64,000 nucleotides of DNA from Octopus sinensis (GCF_006345805.1 NC_043006.1:64232001-64296000); one strand, 5' to 3'. Shown: positions 12,004-25,559, counted from the stretch's first letter. Numbers and translations: made by a program. Notes: generated by a model from the sequence alone, not told the origin.

Positions 12004-12949
12004 TTTGCTTCCAAAGGCGGTGAGCACATCGAACAAAATGCTTAGCAAAATTTCTTCCGACTCCTTACATTCTGAGTTAAAATCCCGCCGAAGTTGAATA
12101 TGCTTTCCATCGCTTCGAGGTCGCTAAAATAAGCACCAATCAAATACTAAGGTCGATGTAATCGATTTTTCCCTTCCCCTCAAAATTGGTGGCCTTGTGT
12201 CACAGTTAGAAAGAATTGTTTACCTCCACAATGGATATTTGGAAGAATTGATAACACTTCAAAGGAATGCTTCCTTATTCCTGCACACCAAAGAAATGCG
12301 AATATATTAATGCTTATTATTCAAGGATTCATACTACCAGAGACAGCAGTGATATGTGGCGCGCTTATGATCCCTTAATGTGATAGGAATAAACATTTAT
12401 CTTTGAATTGTTCTGTTCTGCTTATAAATCCTGTTTATCAAGCCACAACATTGAAAACCTATGGAGCCAGGCAAAAATGTGAAACAAAGGTATGGGGAAT
12501 ATATTGAGCTTTGATAAACAGATACCTGTTGAAATTATGTGACATAATAAATTTGGATATCGTACACTAGAAAATATTACTTCACAAAATCGGTTATTAT
12601 TGTATCCTTGTCATACTCCTTGACTTCAAATTCAAATTTCTAAACCCGCCTGTGTGGGGAGATAGTTACTTCCCTTTGTATTAAAGAGCATCACGTGGGT
12701 TATTATATTGTGTGTAAAACTTAAAACTTTATATACCGACCTTTGCCCTCTAGTAGTCCTGTAATATATTTTCTGAGGGGGCTGACACATCGCAATGCTC
12801 AGTTGGCCTTTGGATGTTTTAGCGGAGTTTTCTCTGTTACAAGCATTCGATCCAAGCCTGCAGCAGTGGGGTTAACATGACTCGTCAGCGCTGCTATTTC
12901 TTTTTCCCCCAAAAATAACAAAAATCAGAGGTAAACCCTCTGGACAAAT

Positions 12950-13560
12950 TTCCCTTCTCTCCTTCAACATCCGTGGAGTTTATTTCAATCTAAATCCCGC
13001 TCACCACCTCCTATTCATACACAGATCATTTATTCTAATTCTCTCGAAGACAAATTTCTCAGCTCCTGTTTCCAACCCGTCTTCGTTTCCCAAACTACAC
13101 TCTTTACTCTAGTTTCCACGCGTATGTAGTATCTACTCTCCCTGTTAGCTTTCTCGCCTAGATATCAACTATAATGGCTTCCAGTTACATTTCCTTCTCT
13201 ATCACTTTCATAACTCCTAGACGCATCAGCATATCTTCGACCATATGTTGTCCTGTATTGTGGGGTGCATTTCACTTCACCCTTCTTCCAGCTCGTCGTC
13301 GTCGGTAACTTTAACACTCGCAGTTCGCCCTGGCTCTTTCAATCATCTTATACACGTGCAGCTGGTGTAGAAATTAAATCCTTTCGATTCTCAGCTCTCT
13401 GCATCAACTTGTCTAATTCTTTGTACACATCTAAAATCGACACTCAGATTCCCCAAACATTCTCAATCTCTTTCGTACCTCCAAACCTAATCTCTGCCAA
13501 ACTGTATCTGTCTCCGCACTTCTCGGTTTTTCCGGCCATAACCTCACAACTAGTCAATAT
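12950..13560 (+). mobile_element. Degenerate APE-endonuclease region of a LINE (CR1/Jockey group)
   Basis: FSLLQHPWS/FNIRG-like start at ~12955 and VVVGNFNTRSSPWL..SYTRAAGVEIKSF, matching the APE motif VGDFN.H...W.....AG.E...F. Confidence 0.55.
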
Positions 13561-14859
13561 ACATATCCACATACCACACAACGCCCTATACCTTTACTCA
13601 GCCTATGTCACATCATATCAATCGACTAGTTGGAGTGCCGCCAGCTATCACTGGCAGTATATGTGCTTCGCTTCTGACTCGCCACAGGTGAGTATAGAGG
13701 CTGATTTTAAGGTGACTAAAACTATTCTTTAGACATGTTCTTCCACATCCCGCACACTACAAATACTCAAATCCTTTAAGTGCTTCATTCATAGATATAA
13801 ATCCTTTAAAATGTTTTAGCCCGAAGGCCGCGGCCATGCTGGGGCACCACCGCTGAAGTTATTCATGCTGAAGTTATTCATGTAAAAAAGAAAAAGAATA
13901 CGTCTGGAGAAACTCACCAACCCCGTCCCCATATCACCACCACCTCCAACCAGTGGCCCAACTTCTACAAGACCACTGTCCGAACTACCAAAAGTGACCC
14001 TGTGCACTGTACGAAACTTCAACCTGTAGCCGATCTTTTTGGCTCCCTGTGAAAAGGGATTCCCACTAACTTTTTGTAGAATCCTCTTTTTCTTCACAAC
14101 AATGGTTCTGAAGTCAATACCCCGCAGAGAAAGCTTCCCCACTTTGCATTAAACACTGGTTTGATAATGGATGCAATGCGTAGCACAGAGCTGTTCCTAG
14201 TGGTAGGGAAGGCTATTGGAAATTAGTGTTCTCATATTAACGTGCGGGAAAGATAGTTACAACATCTCCATGCTTTAAATTATTCCCATGCTTGAATGTT
14301 GATTAACGTTAAAAGATGGCACTAACCATAAACACAGGCATAAAATGTAAGGGTTTTCTACGACCGTAACCTGTGATCTTTGTTGTTGTAGTTTAATCTT
14401 AAATCAGACTTGATGTAATCTTGTAACACTAGGATAGAGATAAGCAATTCTGTGAGCTCTGAGCTTTTTTTTAACAAAAAAAATTCAAATTTAATGTATT
14501 ACTAGACCATTAAGAAGTTGACGGTTTTCAGATAGATTTTTTAAAATCCCTATTTGTTTGATTTTCGCTTACAATAAGAGTTGTTAGTGATGGAAATTAG
14601 GGAGGAAACGCAAGCCTATTTTCATATGTAAGAAGTTGCTGATCCTTGCTATGGAGTGAATTATTTCCGGCGCAAGTTTAGGCCCAATTTCATCAGAGGA
14701 CAAGTGGTGGTGGTCAAACCGCGCTAAAGGACACCTTCCATCCATTATTCCTGGAAGTATCGTTCGGGTAGGGTCCTCGAGCACTTCCTCCATAGAGTCC
14801 TATCAGAAGCAACTGTTATTACACTTTCCAGCTGAATTCTTAAGGGTAACCAACTGAGA

Positions 14860-15380
14860 TTATGAATTATTCAACCATTTCGTTCTTGGTCTACCTCTAA
14901 GTCTACTCACTGGTTAGTTCGGCTTGAAGAATCTTGCGATTCTTTCGTGCGACCTTTTAATCACAAGTCCGTAGTACTGGAATTGTGAACGTCTCAATAT
15001 GGAAAGGTAGCGGCTCAACCTATAGAGACTCCCTGATCTCTGACCTATGAACCATGTCGTGTAGCGTAACTCCAGAGATCCTTCGTAGGAACCCCATTTC
15101 GGCCGCTTGTATTCGCGATCGTACTCTTTCGGTCATTACCTATCATTCATGGCCATAAGTGAGGACAAGAGCGGAAGCTGAATTTAAAATAGCGTGTTTG
15201 GCTCTTTTAACACTATCTTCTCTTCTGAGGATAGAATGCTGAAGCTGGCGCATTATTGTGCCAGCATCTGCAATTCTACCATCCAATACAGCCTCTTGCT
15301 TCTTATCATTCATGAATACTGTTCCCATTTAGTTAAACTTCCCCACTTGCCTCAGTGATGTTCTAATAATATGAAAAGTG
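14860..15380 (-). mobile_element. RTE-clade LINE fragment (RT C-terminus)
   Basis: On -: GTVFMND..LDGRIADAG..VLTYGHE*.VMTERVRSRIQAAEMGFLRRISGVTL..RSEIRESL..RPRTKW. Confidence 0.8.
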
Positions 15381-16032
15381 CACAGTGAACGACACAAAGG
15401 CAGTAAATACAATTTATGTAACAGAAACATGGACATACTGTATTTTTAGCCGGATTTCGATAAAGATTTTTTCTATAGACCCATGGTCATGATTTTGTAA
15501 GGAAAGGAAAAGTGAGTAAGACTCACAGACAACTTATGGTAGTAAACCTGCCTTAGTCTTGTGACACCAATTCTTCCTTATTTAGTCTTATTTGGAGATG
15601 ACCGTGGTGACTATGTTTTTGTCTTGTAGTTGAATCTTTAGTCTTTCTTCTCCAATCTTTCAAACATTATCATTGAATTTGAGACTGCTACAAGTATTCA
15701 CATTTCGTTTTACACACTTGTTTTACAGATATTTCTTCACAAATTTTTGAAAGTTTAACGGTTGACCAAAAGTGAATTACATGTATCTATGAGAAGGAAA
15801 AACAGTTACTTCATTATTAAAACAAAATAATAAAAAAAAAACATGTTAAGACTGTGGCTCCTGAAATTACTGTAAATGTCCAAGTGGAAATAGAGAAGAA
15901 AAAGAAAAGAAAAGAAAAAAAGTGAAAGAATTAAACGGTTTAGTAACGTTATTCAAGACGCGAAGTGGTCGAGCAGACTATTAAATCATTGGAATAGTAC
16001 ATTACTTCAGTTAAACTATATGGAATCTACAT

Positions 16033-16300
16033 CTGCAAGCCCCGACCTTTATTTACTTATTTATTTTGCACTAAGGACCGGTCTCATGCAAGACAATTTT
16101 CCTACAGACCAGGGGAGCACGCACATAACAAAACAGAATAAAGTGCATTAATTATTACATATATAATATGTATATATTACATACATAATACATATATATT
16201 GCAAAAACACCCTGCAGACTGTCGTAGTCAATGAAATAGAAATGAAATTTTAAAATTTATTCTTTCTGTGCAGCCCGGTGCAAGTCCGCGACCTCGTGGT
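16033..16300 (+). mobile_element. hAT-type MITE (same family as 1132-1380)
   Basis: Right end ggttgggacacctg; internal similarity to the reverse complement of ~1170-1310. Confidence 0.6.
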
Positions 16301-16640
16301 TGGGACACCTGATCTATGTGATCGATCAATATGCAAGAAATAGCAGCCAAATCTCATTCAAATTACACCCCCAATCATATTCTCTCTCTCTCTCTCCAGT
16401 AAAATAAGAATAAGAATACCAGCTTTAAAAATAAATGGAGAAATGGTTACAACTGGAATTCCTTTGATCATAAACATGATAGAGCATAGTGGACTTTGAA
16501 CTAATCAAAGCATCCTATATGGGACGAGGAAAATCTGTGCTGTCATTCGAGTTGTTAGAAATAGCAGTCAAATCTCCTACAAATCACACCCAACTGTATT
16601 TTAAAATAAGACATAGGATAATGTTGTCCTAGAAAGTAAA

Positions 16641-16813
16641 GAGGCGCAGGAGTGGCTGTGTGGTAAGTAGCTTGCTAACCAACCACATGGTTCCGGGTTC
16701 AGTCCCACTGCGTGGCACCTTGGGCAAGTGTCTTCTGCTATAGCTCCGGGCCGACCAATGCCTTGTGAGTGGATTTGGTAGACAGAAACTGAAAGAAGCC
16801 TGTCGTATATATG

Positions 16814-16850
<37 letters not shown>

Positions 16851-17058
16851 TTGTGTGTCTGTGTTTGTCCCCCTAGCATTGCTTGACAACCGATGCTGGT
16901 GTGTTTACGTCCCCGTCACTTAGCGGTTCGGCAAATGTGACCGATAGAATAAGTACTGGGCTTACAAAGAATAAGTCCTGGGGTCGATTTGCTCGACTAA
17001 AGGTGGTGCTCCAGCATGGCCGCAGTCAAATGACTGAAACAAGTAAAAGAGTAAAGAG
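16641..17058 (+). mobile_element. Near full-length family A SINE
   Basis: Head gaggcgcaggagtggctgtgtggtaagtagc, B-box ggttcagtccc, microsatellite middle and (gagtaaa) tail; CpGs retained. Confidence 0.92.
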
Positions 17059-17736
17059 ATAGGATCATGACTGGAGTGTCTTTTATCATAGGACTGCTTA
17101 ATAAGAGCATAGCTGTGACTAAATAGCAGTAACAACTCTTGAGAAATAAACAATAAGGATTGGTAAATTACATGCAGTAAAAAGGAAGCTATTCAAATGT
17201 AAATATTCAGTTCGTGTTGATTTATCAACGTAACATGAAAGAAAACGGAGCGAAGGAGCAACTCGAGATCTAACTTCATTTTAACTTTTGTTGACACCTC
17301 TACGAGAAAAAAAAATGTAATTGGAACGTTGAAACCAAATCTAAAAGTTCACATAAATCTAATTTATATTACGCTTCGTTTGGAGTTAGATATCTGGAAA
17401 GGAAAAACCGATGTCACTTCGAAATAGCGCGAATTTATCCGATTAAATCGTCACCAACTTACTGAAAGTGTGTGTGTATGTGCGCGCGCGTGTACATAAA
17501 CACTCACATGTGTGCATTAAAAAAAAACTTGAGAAATATTAATACTCAACCTCAATCACAGCCAGACAGAGGGAGAGAGAGGGGGAATATGTTTATTTTT
17601 GCATTTCTTGTAGAATCTTCAGAGAAGAAGGGGAAAAAATAATCGTAATGAAAATTTGTAAATGGAATTTAATGAAAGCATTTGAATATTTGAAATATAA
17701 ACGAATGAAGAAGTGAAGATGAAAAGGTGTTACTTG

Positions 17737-17797
17737 GAGTTATCTCCCTTAGTATTTCTTCCGGTTTGACCACGATGTATTCTGAAAGTTGGTGAGT
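17737..17797 (+). promoter_or_regulatory. Candidate promoter / short non-coding first exon of ZNF106
   Basis: Non-repetitive, CpG-retaining region. ETS-type CTTCCGG at 17758-17764 and donor-like TTG|GTGAGT (GT at 17792). CpG depletion begins ~1.5-3 kb downstream. Inference only. Confidence 0.3.
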
Positions 17798-19369
17798 TTT
17801 CGAGGAAAATATATTTAATTTCTTTTTAAATATGCATATTTTTTTTTCTGTCTATGGAAAAACTAAAGCCACTGAGAATGTCCATAATAATCAATAGCAC
17901 TAGTATTTTATTCCCTATTTTATATTGGAAATTTAAGGGAAAACGTGATAGCTTGTGGCAATGTTTAAAGTGGAACTCGATTTTGATATTGTTTTCCCCC
18001 GTTTCCTATCAACTGGACAGATGGAAGTGTCTGTTTATGCATTGAGTAGTGTTGTAAAGATTTAGTAAATATTTCACACTCGATTAGTAAAAGTAACATC
18101 CATACAGTTTATTATTTGTGAATTCATGTGTTTTCGCCCAAACCTACGAGAGTACCACGCTGCTGTCGCTGGGTCTGCTAGAAATAGCAATTGTGTCCTA
18201 TCTTCATAAATTCCCCAAGGAAGTAGACATTGGATAATGTAGTTCTAGATATATTATGTATGAATAAAAGACTGAATGGTTCATGGCAAGGGTGTCTTTG
18301 ATAGTAGTTTATGCTTAACAAGAGCTGTCTCTGAGCAGGAATCCGTAATACAGTAGAGGATCGTTAAGAGATGTAACTACTGGATTGATAATTCCTGTTT
18401 TAAAATCATTTTTATGGATAAACATCGAAAATCGCAGCCTTATTAATAAATTGAAGTTGTTTGATTAGATGTACGTGGCGACATGCGATGATGAACATTA
18501 ACTTTTCTAGGACGTTTCATAAACTGTGTGAAAGAGAGATGGAGCTATGATGGTTTGTGGTTAGATTATAATAGATATTAAAAGAAAATATCAATACACA
18601 GAATTATAAAAAGAAATAAAGAATTGCCGCTGAGAACTGTAGTTGTTACTTGGCCTCATGTCAGCCCTGTTCGAACATACCTGTGGTCAAATGCATTCCA
18701 GCTGCAGCTATCCCGTCTTTTATTCAGACTCGAGGTAGGTCTAAAACTACTACTATCTTATGTTTGTTCGTTTTACGTCCTTCTTTCCGTGCTAGCGTGG
18801 GACTATTTCCATTTTATGAGAGTGGAATTTGATTTGAGGAAGGCTTGTCTGTTACTTCAGTCAAGACGTATACCATGTGTTTAAGCTTCCGCATTAAGTT
18901 GCTTGTAAGTTATTGACGAATTTGGAGGGGAACCACCTAACTTTGCTCAGGGACTAATGCGTTTCGTTTCGTAGTTGTTCATACTCAGGCTCGAACGCGT
19001 ATGAATGGTGTAGCGCTTTTTCTTTTTTTAAAGTAACGTCTTTATTGCTCTTTGTTTTGGTATAGTTAGGATGAATATTCACAGTTGCTCACGAATTCGT
19101 GACCCCAGTTCTGGTAAGGTTGTCTGCACACATCCATTATTAAAAAAAAAAATGAGAGAGAGAAAGAACCATTCACTGAAGATCGTTTTTGTCTCACAGC
19201 CTGTTTTATGAAAATCAGGAAAGTTAGAATTATTGTTTACCACTTTGCATGGAAAGGAAGTTCCAGACTAAGACACCTATCCTTGTCCCTCTTTACCTTT
19301 TAATCTCTCAACTGGCACAAAACTACCCCCACTCAATACTACTCCTCACTCACAGCCGAGTTGCTTGGT

Positions 19370-19731
19370 GACCCTGTCAGCGTTGGTGCCATATAAAAAA
19401 GCACCCAGTACAATCTTTAAAGTGGTTGGCGTTATTAGGAAGAGCATCAAGCCATAGAAACCTGCCAAATTTGACAATGGAGCCTGGGTCTTCACGTAAA
19501 AAACACCATTTGACCGTGGCCATTACCAGTACCGCTTGACTGGCCCTCGTGCTGGTGGCACATAAAAGCACCCACTACACTCTCGGAGTGGTTGGAGTTA
19601 GGAAGACCATCCAGCTGTAGAAACTCTGCCAGATCAGATTGGAGCCCGGTGCAGCCATCTGGTTCGCCAGTTCTCAGTCAAATCGTCCAACCCATGCTAG
19701 CATGGAAAGCGGACGTTAAACGATGATGATG
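19370..19731 (+). mobile_element. RTE-related short element (family B), two nested or recombined cores
   Basis: The core aagcacccagtac..gtggttgg.gtt..aggaag..catc.agc..tagaaac occurs twice, followed by the tail ccaacccatgctagcatggaaagcggacgttaaacgatgatgatg. Confidence 0.8.
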
Positions 19732-20256
19732 TGTATGCATACACAAACATGTTCATTTATACATGCACACATACATAATCATCATCATCGGTTTAACATC
19801 TATTTCTCCATGCTTGTACAGGTTGGATGAATCTTTGTTGAGGTGGGTATTCTATGGCTAGATGCTCATCCTGTAACCAACCCTAACCTATTTCCAAGCA
19901 GATTATATTTCCGGAAGACTAGACATCAGATATTGTCAAGGCACGTAGACAAACATACATGCATACTTAAACATGACAAGCTTCTTTCAGTTTCTTTCTA
20001 CCAATTTCACCCATAAATCTGTGGTAAGCCCAAGGTGTCACGCAGAAGGACTGAGCCTTACACACACACAACCTACACCTGTATATATATATATATGACA
20101 GGCTTCTTTCAGTTTCCATCTGCCAGATCCACTCACAAGGCTTTGATTGGCCCAAGGCTTTAGCAGAAGACACTGAACCCGGAACCATGTAGCTGGTAAG
20201 CAAGTTACTCACCACACAGCCACTCCTGCGCCTATATATATATTCACACACACACA

Positions 20257-20975
20257 CATCATCATCATCATCATCATTTAACGTCCGTTTTCCATGCTGG
20301 CATGGGTTGGACAGTTTGGGAAGCCAGGAGGCTGCACCAGGCTCCAGTCTGATCTGGCAGTGTTTCTACACCTGGATGGCCTTCCTAATGCCAACCACAC
20401 CACGAGTGTAGTGGGTGCTTTTTACATGTCACTGGCACGGGAGCCTGGCAGCGACCATGATTGGTTGCTGCTTTTTACATGGCGGCGCTGGCATCGGCCA
20501 CGTTTGGATGGTGCTTTTAACAAGCCACCGGTGCAGGTGCCAGGCGAGGCTGGCAGCGACCATGATCAGTTGCTGCTTTTTACGTGCCACTGGCACAGAA
20601 GCCAGTCAAAGCAGCGCTGGCATCAGCCACATGCAGTTGGTGCTTTTTACGTGTCACTGGCACAGAAGCCAGTCAAGCGGCGCTGGTATCGGCCACGTTT
20701 GGATGGTGCTTTTTACGTGCCACCGGTACAGGTGCCAGGGGAGGCTGGCAGCGACCATGATCAGTTGCTGCTTTTTACGTGCCACTGGCACAGAAGCCAG
20801 TCAAGCGGCGCTGGTATCGGCCACATGCAGATGGTGCTTTTTATGTGCCACTGGCACAGAAGCCAGTGAAAGCGGCGCTGGCATCGGCCACGTTCAGATG
20901 GTGCCTTTTACGTGCCACTGGCACAGGTATCACGACTACAATTTCCATTTGATGTTGATGTACTTGACTCAATAG
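20257..20975 (-). mobile_element. Family B element with expanded internal tandem array
   Basis: (CAT)n tail at 20257-20275; about nine ~60-bp units between ~20420 and ~20930. Confidence 0.85.
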
Positions 20976-22441
20976 GTCTCCTCAAGCACAGCAGGTCACC
21001 CTACGATCCAAGGTAAGCACAGCAGGCTGTTCTTTGGATAGGCTGGGGCTGAGTATCAAAGAGATCATTTTGATAAATGACCATAGTCTTGTTCTGACCA
21101 AAACATCCTGATGCATTATTTTAACATACACTTTCCCATGCTTGTGTGGGCTGGCTGGAGTATATTGAAGAGTTTCTAATGTTGGATTCCCTTCTTGTCA
21201 CTAGCCCTTACCTGTTTCCAAATGAGGTAATATTTCCTCCATGGCCAGAATACGTTTTAGCAAAATATCTAGAATGAATGACCTTCATTTACAACAATTA
21301 CATAATGTCAAGACAAATACATACATATATACACGCATATCTGTGTGTGTGTGTATACATATATATAATTAAATGAGTTTCTGTCTACCAAATCCATTCT
21401 CAAGGATTTGGTTGTCTGGGGCTATAGTAGAAGGTGCTTGCCCAAAGTGCCATGCAGTGGGTCTGATCCCAAAACCATGTGGTTGGGAAGTAAACCTCTC
21501 AACCAAACAGCCACTACATTTTCTAAGCCTCTGAGCCTGGTGAAAGTAAAGGGAAAGACATTATTTCCATGGTAATGTTGTAGCTCTGATGTCCAAAGAT
21601 GTAAGTGGGACTTTTCTAAGGAAAGAGGGTTTTTTTTGTTTTTTTGTGAATTTCTTGGAAAGAGCAGCACTTGAATTTTTTTGCTTCCTTTTAATGGTAT
21701 TTATTCTGTGAAAGACAGCAACATTCCTGTTCTTTGCAAGTCTTCCTAGATTGCTGAGATGTATGGCGTTGATTTTGCTTAAACACCTACAGGATGATAC
21801 CTGCAGGGAAAACAGGGACTGAGATGAACCAAAAAGGGAGCTTCTGTATAGTAGCTTGACTCGCTAGAAATGGCACTCAAACCTCTCTTAAATCACGTTC
21901 TGCCATTTAAAAAAAGAGAAAGACATTCTTTGATATTCTTGAATATTTCTAAAAGCGCAGAAGAATTGTTTGTTTTAGTAGGAATGCCTTTGATCATAGA
22001 GCTGCTACTCCATCAGAACTGGACTAGTCTTAAGCAATAATAACAATCATCCTTCAGTGTTTCTATCTCAACAGTTTGGCAAGGACCTTTGATATGGCCA
22101 GTGAGTCGACTTACATGTAGTGGCACTCCGTGCCATTATCTGCACATTCTCTGAGATGACTGAACCTGATTGCTTAGAGGAAGCAAAACTCATAACACAA
22201 TTTCCACAGGTGAACCTGCAGAAGAATCCAAAAGGAAGGTGTGCTGGCAAAACTGTTGGTGCATCAAACAAAATGCTTGGCAGCATTTCTTCTGAATCTT
22301 TATGTTCTGAGTTCAAAGTCTGCCAAGGTTGACCTTGTTTTTCATCCTTTCAGAATTAATAAAATAAGCCCCAGTTAAGCATTGAGGGTCAATGTAATCA
22401 ACTCCTTCCCCAAATTTCAGGCTTTGTGCCTATGTTAGAAG

Positions 22442-22722
22442 CAGGGCTGTAGAGTCAAAACAAAAAACTTTGACTCCGACTCCTCTACTATTTGCACCTC
22501 TGACTCCGACTCCCCTTTATGTAATTAAGTGATTGTGGTCTACATATCTCATAAAGCATATGCATACGCTTGTACTTTGAGTAGGCCTATGTGTTATAAC
22601 TGGTTTATATTAAAGAATAAAGGTATTGATAGTTGGAGTCAGTATAGTTTTACCAACTCCAATTTTAGCCTCACCTTAATTGTTTCTGACTCTGACTCCA
22701 CAACTCCGACTCCACAGTCCTG
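22442..22722. mobile_element. hAT MITE with perfect 8-bp TSD
   Basis: TIRs cagggctgtagagtc and gactccacagtcctg. TSD gttagaag at 22434-22441 and 22723-22730. Subterminal gactcc repeats. Inserted in the tail of a family C SINE. Confidence 0.92.
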
Positions 22723-23446
22723 GTTAGAAGGGAATATTTCTATCTCATCAAACATGGTCTGAGTTCCAGTGTGAAGATGAAGGATTGGATTGTGTCTTTA
22801 GTAAACTGACACAGATGAAAAGATGTTGAGTGAAGCAGAATTACTGCAACCATTTTAACTTCTATTACTTAAGAGGGGTGTCACAACAATAGTTCTCAGA
22901 TATTTGCCCTTCAGCAATTGTTCCCTGTACAATTTTGCTATTTAAAAGAAAGTATAAATATAGGGGTGAAATTAAATATTAATAACACTAATTAAGGTTT
23001 TGTTTTTGTGTACATACTAATGCAGTAATTAATTATTATATTTTATGTTTTATCTGTTATCCAATTATAAGATTTACATTCTTAAAACATTATAATTATA
23101 CCACTAAAAGTGATATCATTTTGCTTCATCAATGGACTCCTTCTTATCTTTACTTTTGGTTTGACCTGTGAGATTTACCTTACCCTACACTGTGTGTTAA
23201 CCTTAGATCTGACATTACCCATTGAACTGAGCTAGTGAAACCTGCCTGCTTGGTTAGTAGCAATGGTTGACCAAACCTATTCTGGTCATTTAAAGTTATT
23301 AGTTTGGAAAAATTTTGAACCTGACTTATGGCCAAATTTGCAGGTTTGGGGAATAACTATAACCAGTCTGGATTCAGTGCTTGGACTACTAAGAATACAT
23401 CTCTGAGACCCCCTTCGGTCATGACTGACCCTGGGATTACACCTAG

Positions 23447-23738
23447 AGAGTTACCCTCCCATGCACAAGTCCAGGCAAGGTTGTTTATAGAAGATCAGCA
23501 GTCGCCCATGCATACCGGTCTCCCCTCTCCACGCCACCAATGTTATCCAAGGGAAAGGCAAAGGACGATACAGTTTGGCACCTGTGACGTTGCAACTTAT
23601 TTCTACAGCTGAGTGAACTGGAGCAACGTGAAATAAAGTGTCTTGCTCAAGAGCACAACATGCAGCCCGGTCTGGGATCTGATCTCACAACCTCACAATT
23701 GTAAGCTCAACGCTCTAACCACTGAGCCATGCGCTTTC
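23447..23738 (-). mobile_element. Full-length tRNA-derived SINE (family D)
   Basis: On -: head gcgcatggctcagtggttagagcg (A box), then cttgagcaagacactttatttcacgttgctccagttcactcagctg. A decayed relative lies at ~2860-3050. Confidence 0.85.
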
Positions 23739-23839
23739 ACCAAGTCTCTAAATATATCATAATATACTTGAACTCCAAATAGTACAGCTATAACTCTCCA
23801 AGTATACCATAATTTTTCTGTGATTCAGTCCTGGAGTTT

Positions 23840-24510
23840 ATGCAAAGCAAATGTAGTAAAATGAAGCCTACTTGTGATGGATACATCGACGTGAATCAGA
23901 AAGAACTGACAGAGTTGTGACATATGAATGTCAGAATCAGCAACATGGCAACTGTGAAACCCAAGTTAAAGTTTGTGGAAATGAAACAGTAAGTTATGAA
24001 AATGATTTTACTCATGCTGCCGACATACTTCTCCCAGAAGTCCTCTTTTTACAGCAGGAGATCAAGAGGAAAAGTTACTGACACTCATAGCATACACTAC
24101 AAGTTGCAGTGGGAGGGATTGCAAAGAAAATATTGAAATGACATTGAGTTTGCCCTGAAAATTAATATGGTGTCATTAAATCAGATAAAGTGACATACAT
24201 TTGAAAATCTTCAAGAGACTGTCGCCTGAAACTGATCCTATTGTAGATGGTTTCAAAGCCACACTTATTGACAGAATGTGTTGATGTAACATGCAAGCTC
24301 CATGTTTTCTCTATAAGCTATGGAATATGTATAGTCATGTAGTTTATTCTGCACAATCAACTCCATGGTAGGATGGCATAACCACATGTAAGGCTAGTAT
24401 TATTTTCGTTCTATGGAAATATCTGGAAATTTCTTGGGATATTGATGAAGAAGATATTGACCAATGTTGCCATCAATCAGATGCTTGCAGGATGTCCAGC
24501 ACCACCCTTG
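23840..24510 (+). mobile_element. MULE-type transposase remnant
   Basis: Broken frames WNMYS (24321), GWHN (24371), IWKFL (24421) and NQMLAGCPAP follow the order of the MULE C-terminal motif W....RTNN..EGWHN..HP.IWKF..Q..AG..P. Confidence 0.55.
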
Positions 24511-25094
24511 GGTAGAAATGTTATGATGGTTTCACACAATTATTATACATGACTGTGCAGTTTTAGTGATATGTAATTGATATAAGAATGATGATGATGA
24601 TATAAATCTTATTGGATAATTCATTTAAGTAAGACATAAATCATGAAATGTAAGAATTATCTTTTCTGTTATCTAATATTTTTACTTGTTTCAGTCATTG
24701 GACTGTGGCCATGCTGCAGCACAGCCTTGAAGTGTTTAGTCAAACAATTGAACCCTAGATTTTTAAGCTCAGTACTTATTCTAACCCCATGTGGTTAGGA
24801 AGCAGGTTTCTTAACCTCACAGCCACTCATGTGCCTATTATTCATGCAATTATTAATTATTGTAATTACCAATTATGTAATTATTGATTATGCAATTAAT
24901 TATATAATTATGAAATTATTATATTTGCTTGCAATTTTAGTGGTATAAATATGATATAAGAACATAAATCTATTGTAGAATGGATAAACATGGAATGTCA
25001 GAATTAATTATTCTAATTATTAATTATGCAATAGTGAATTATACTATTCAGTCACAAGTTGTGCAAGGGACTTGATGGCTCTGTTGGTGCTGGA

Positions 25095-25230
25095 GCCACT
25101 TGAAAGGCACTGGTGACGGTGCCACATAAAAGGCACTGGTGATGGTGCCACATAAAAGGCACAGCTGATGGCACCACGTAAAAGGCACAGCTGATGGCGC
25201 CATGTAAAAGGCACTGGTGATGGTGCTTTT
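25095..25230. repeat. 26-bp minisatellite, ~5 copies
   Basis: Unit ~ggcactggtgatggtgccacataaaa, with ggcac at 25106, 25132, 25158, 25184 and 25210. Confidence 0.9.
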
Positions 25231-25319
25231 GGCAGACTTAGGTGTCTAAGAGAATTGTCAAAAGCAGGAAAACAGAATCTCTGAAATTAGAAAATCTTTT
25301 ATTGTATTTATCTTCTACC

Positions 25320-25509
25320 TAGTTTCAGTCATTGAACTGTGGCCACCTTAAAATATTTTAGTTGTGCAAATCAACCCCAGTTATTATTTTTTTAAGTCTA
25401 GTACTTATTCTGTTTGTCACTTTTGCCAAACTGCTAAGTTACAAGACCATAAACAAACCAGTACTGGTTATCAAGCAGTGGTGAGGACAAAGACCCTCGT
25501 ACACATACA

Positions 25510-25559
<50 letters not shown>

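Noticed and set aside
14660-14700. CTGATGA..GAAA on -
   Set aside because: No stem II can be formed adjacent to both core segments.
16641-16720. tRNA-like A and B boxes in SINE heads (many copies)
   Set aside because: They do not fold into a complete cloverleaf and continue into SINE bodies, so they are not tRNA genes.
20294-20975. 191-aa and 186-aa ORFs; superficial CRISPR-like periodicity
   Set aside because: These are tandem monomers within a SINE-like element. There are no unique spacers and no cas genes, and the context is eukaryotic.
21527-21606. Possible extra 5'-UTR exon of ZNF106 (AG at ~21526, GAT|GTAAGT at 21601)
   Set aside because: Good donor but weak acceptor; such matches are common by chance and there is no independent support.
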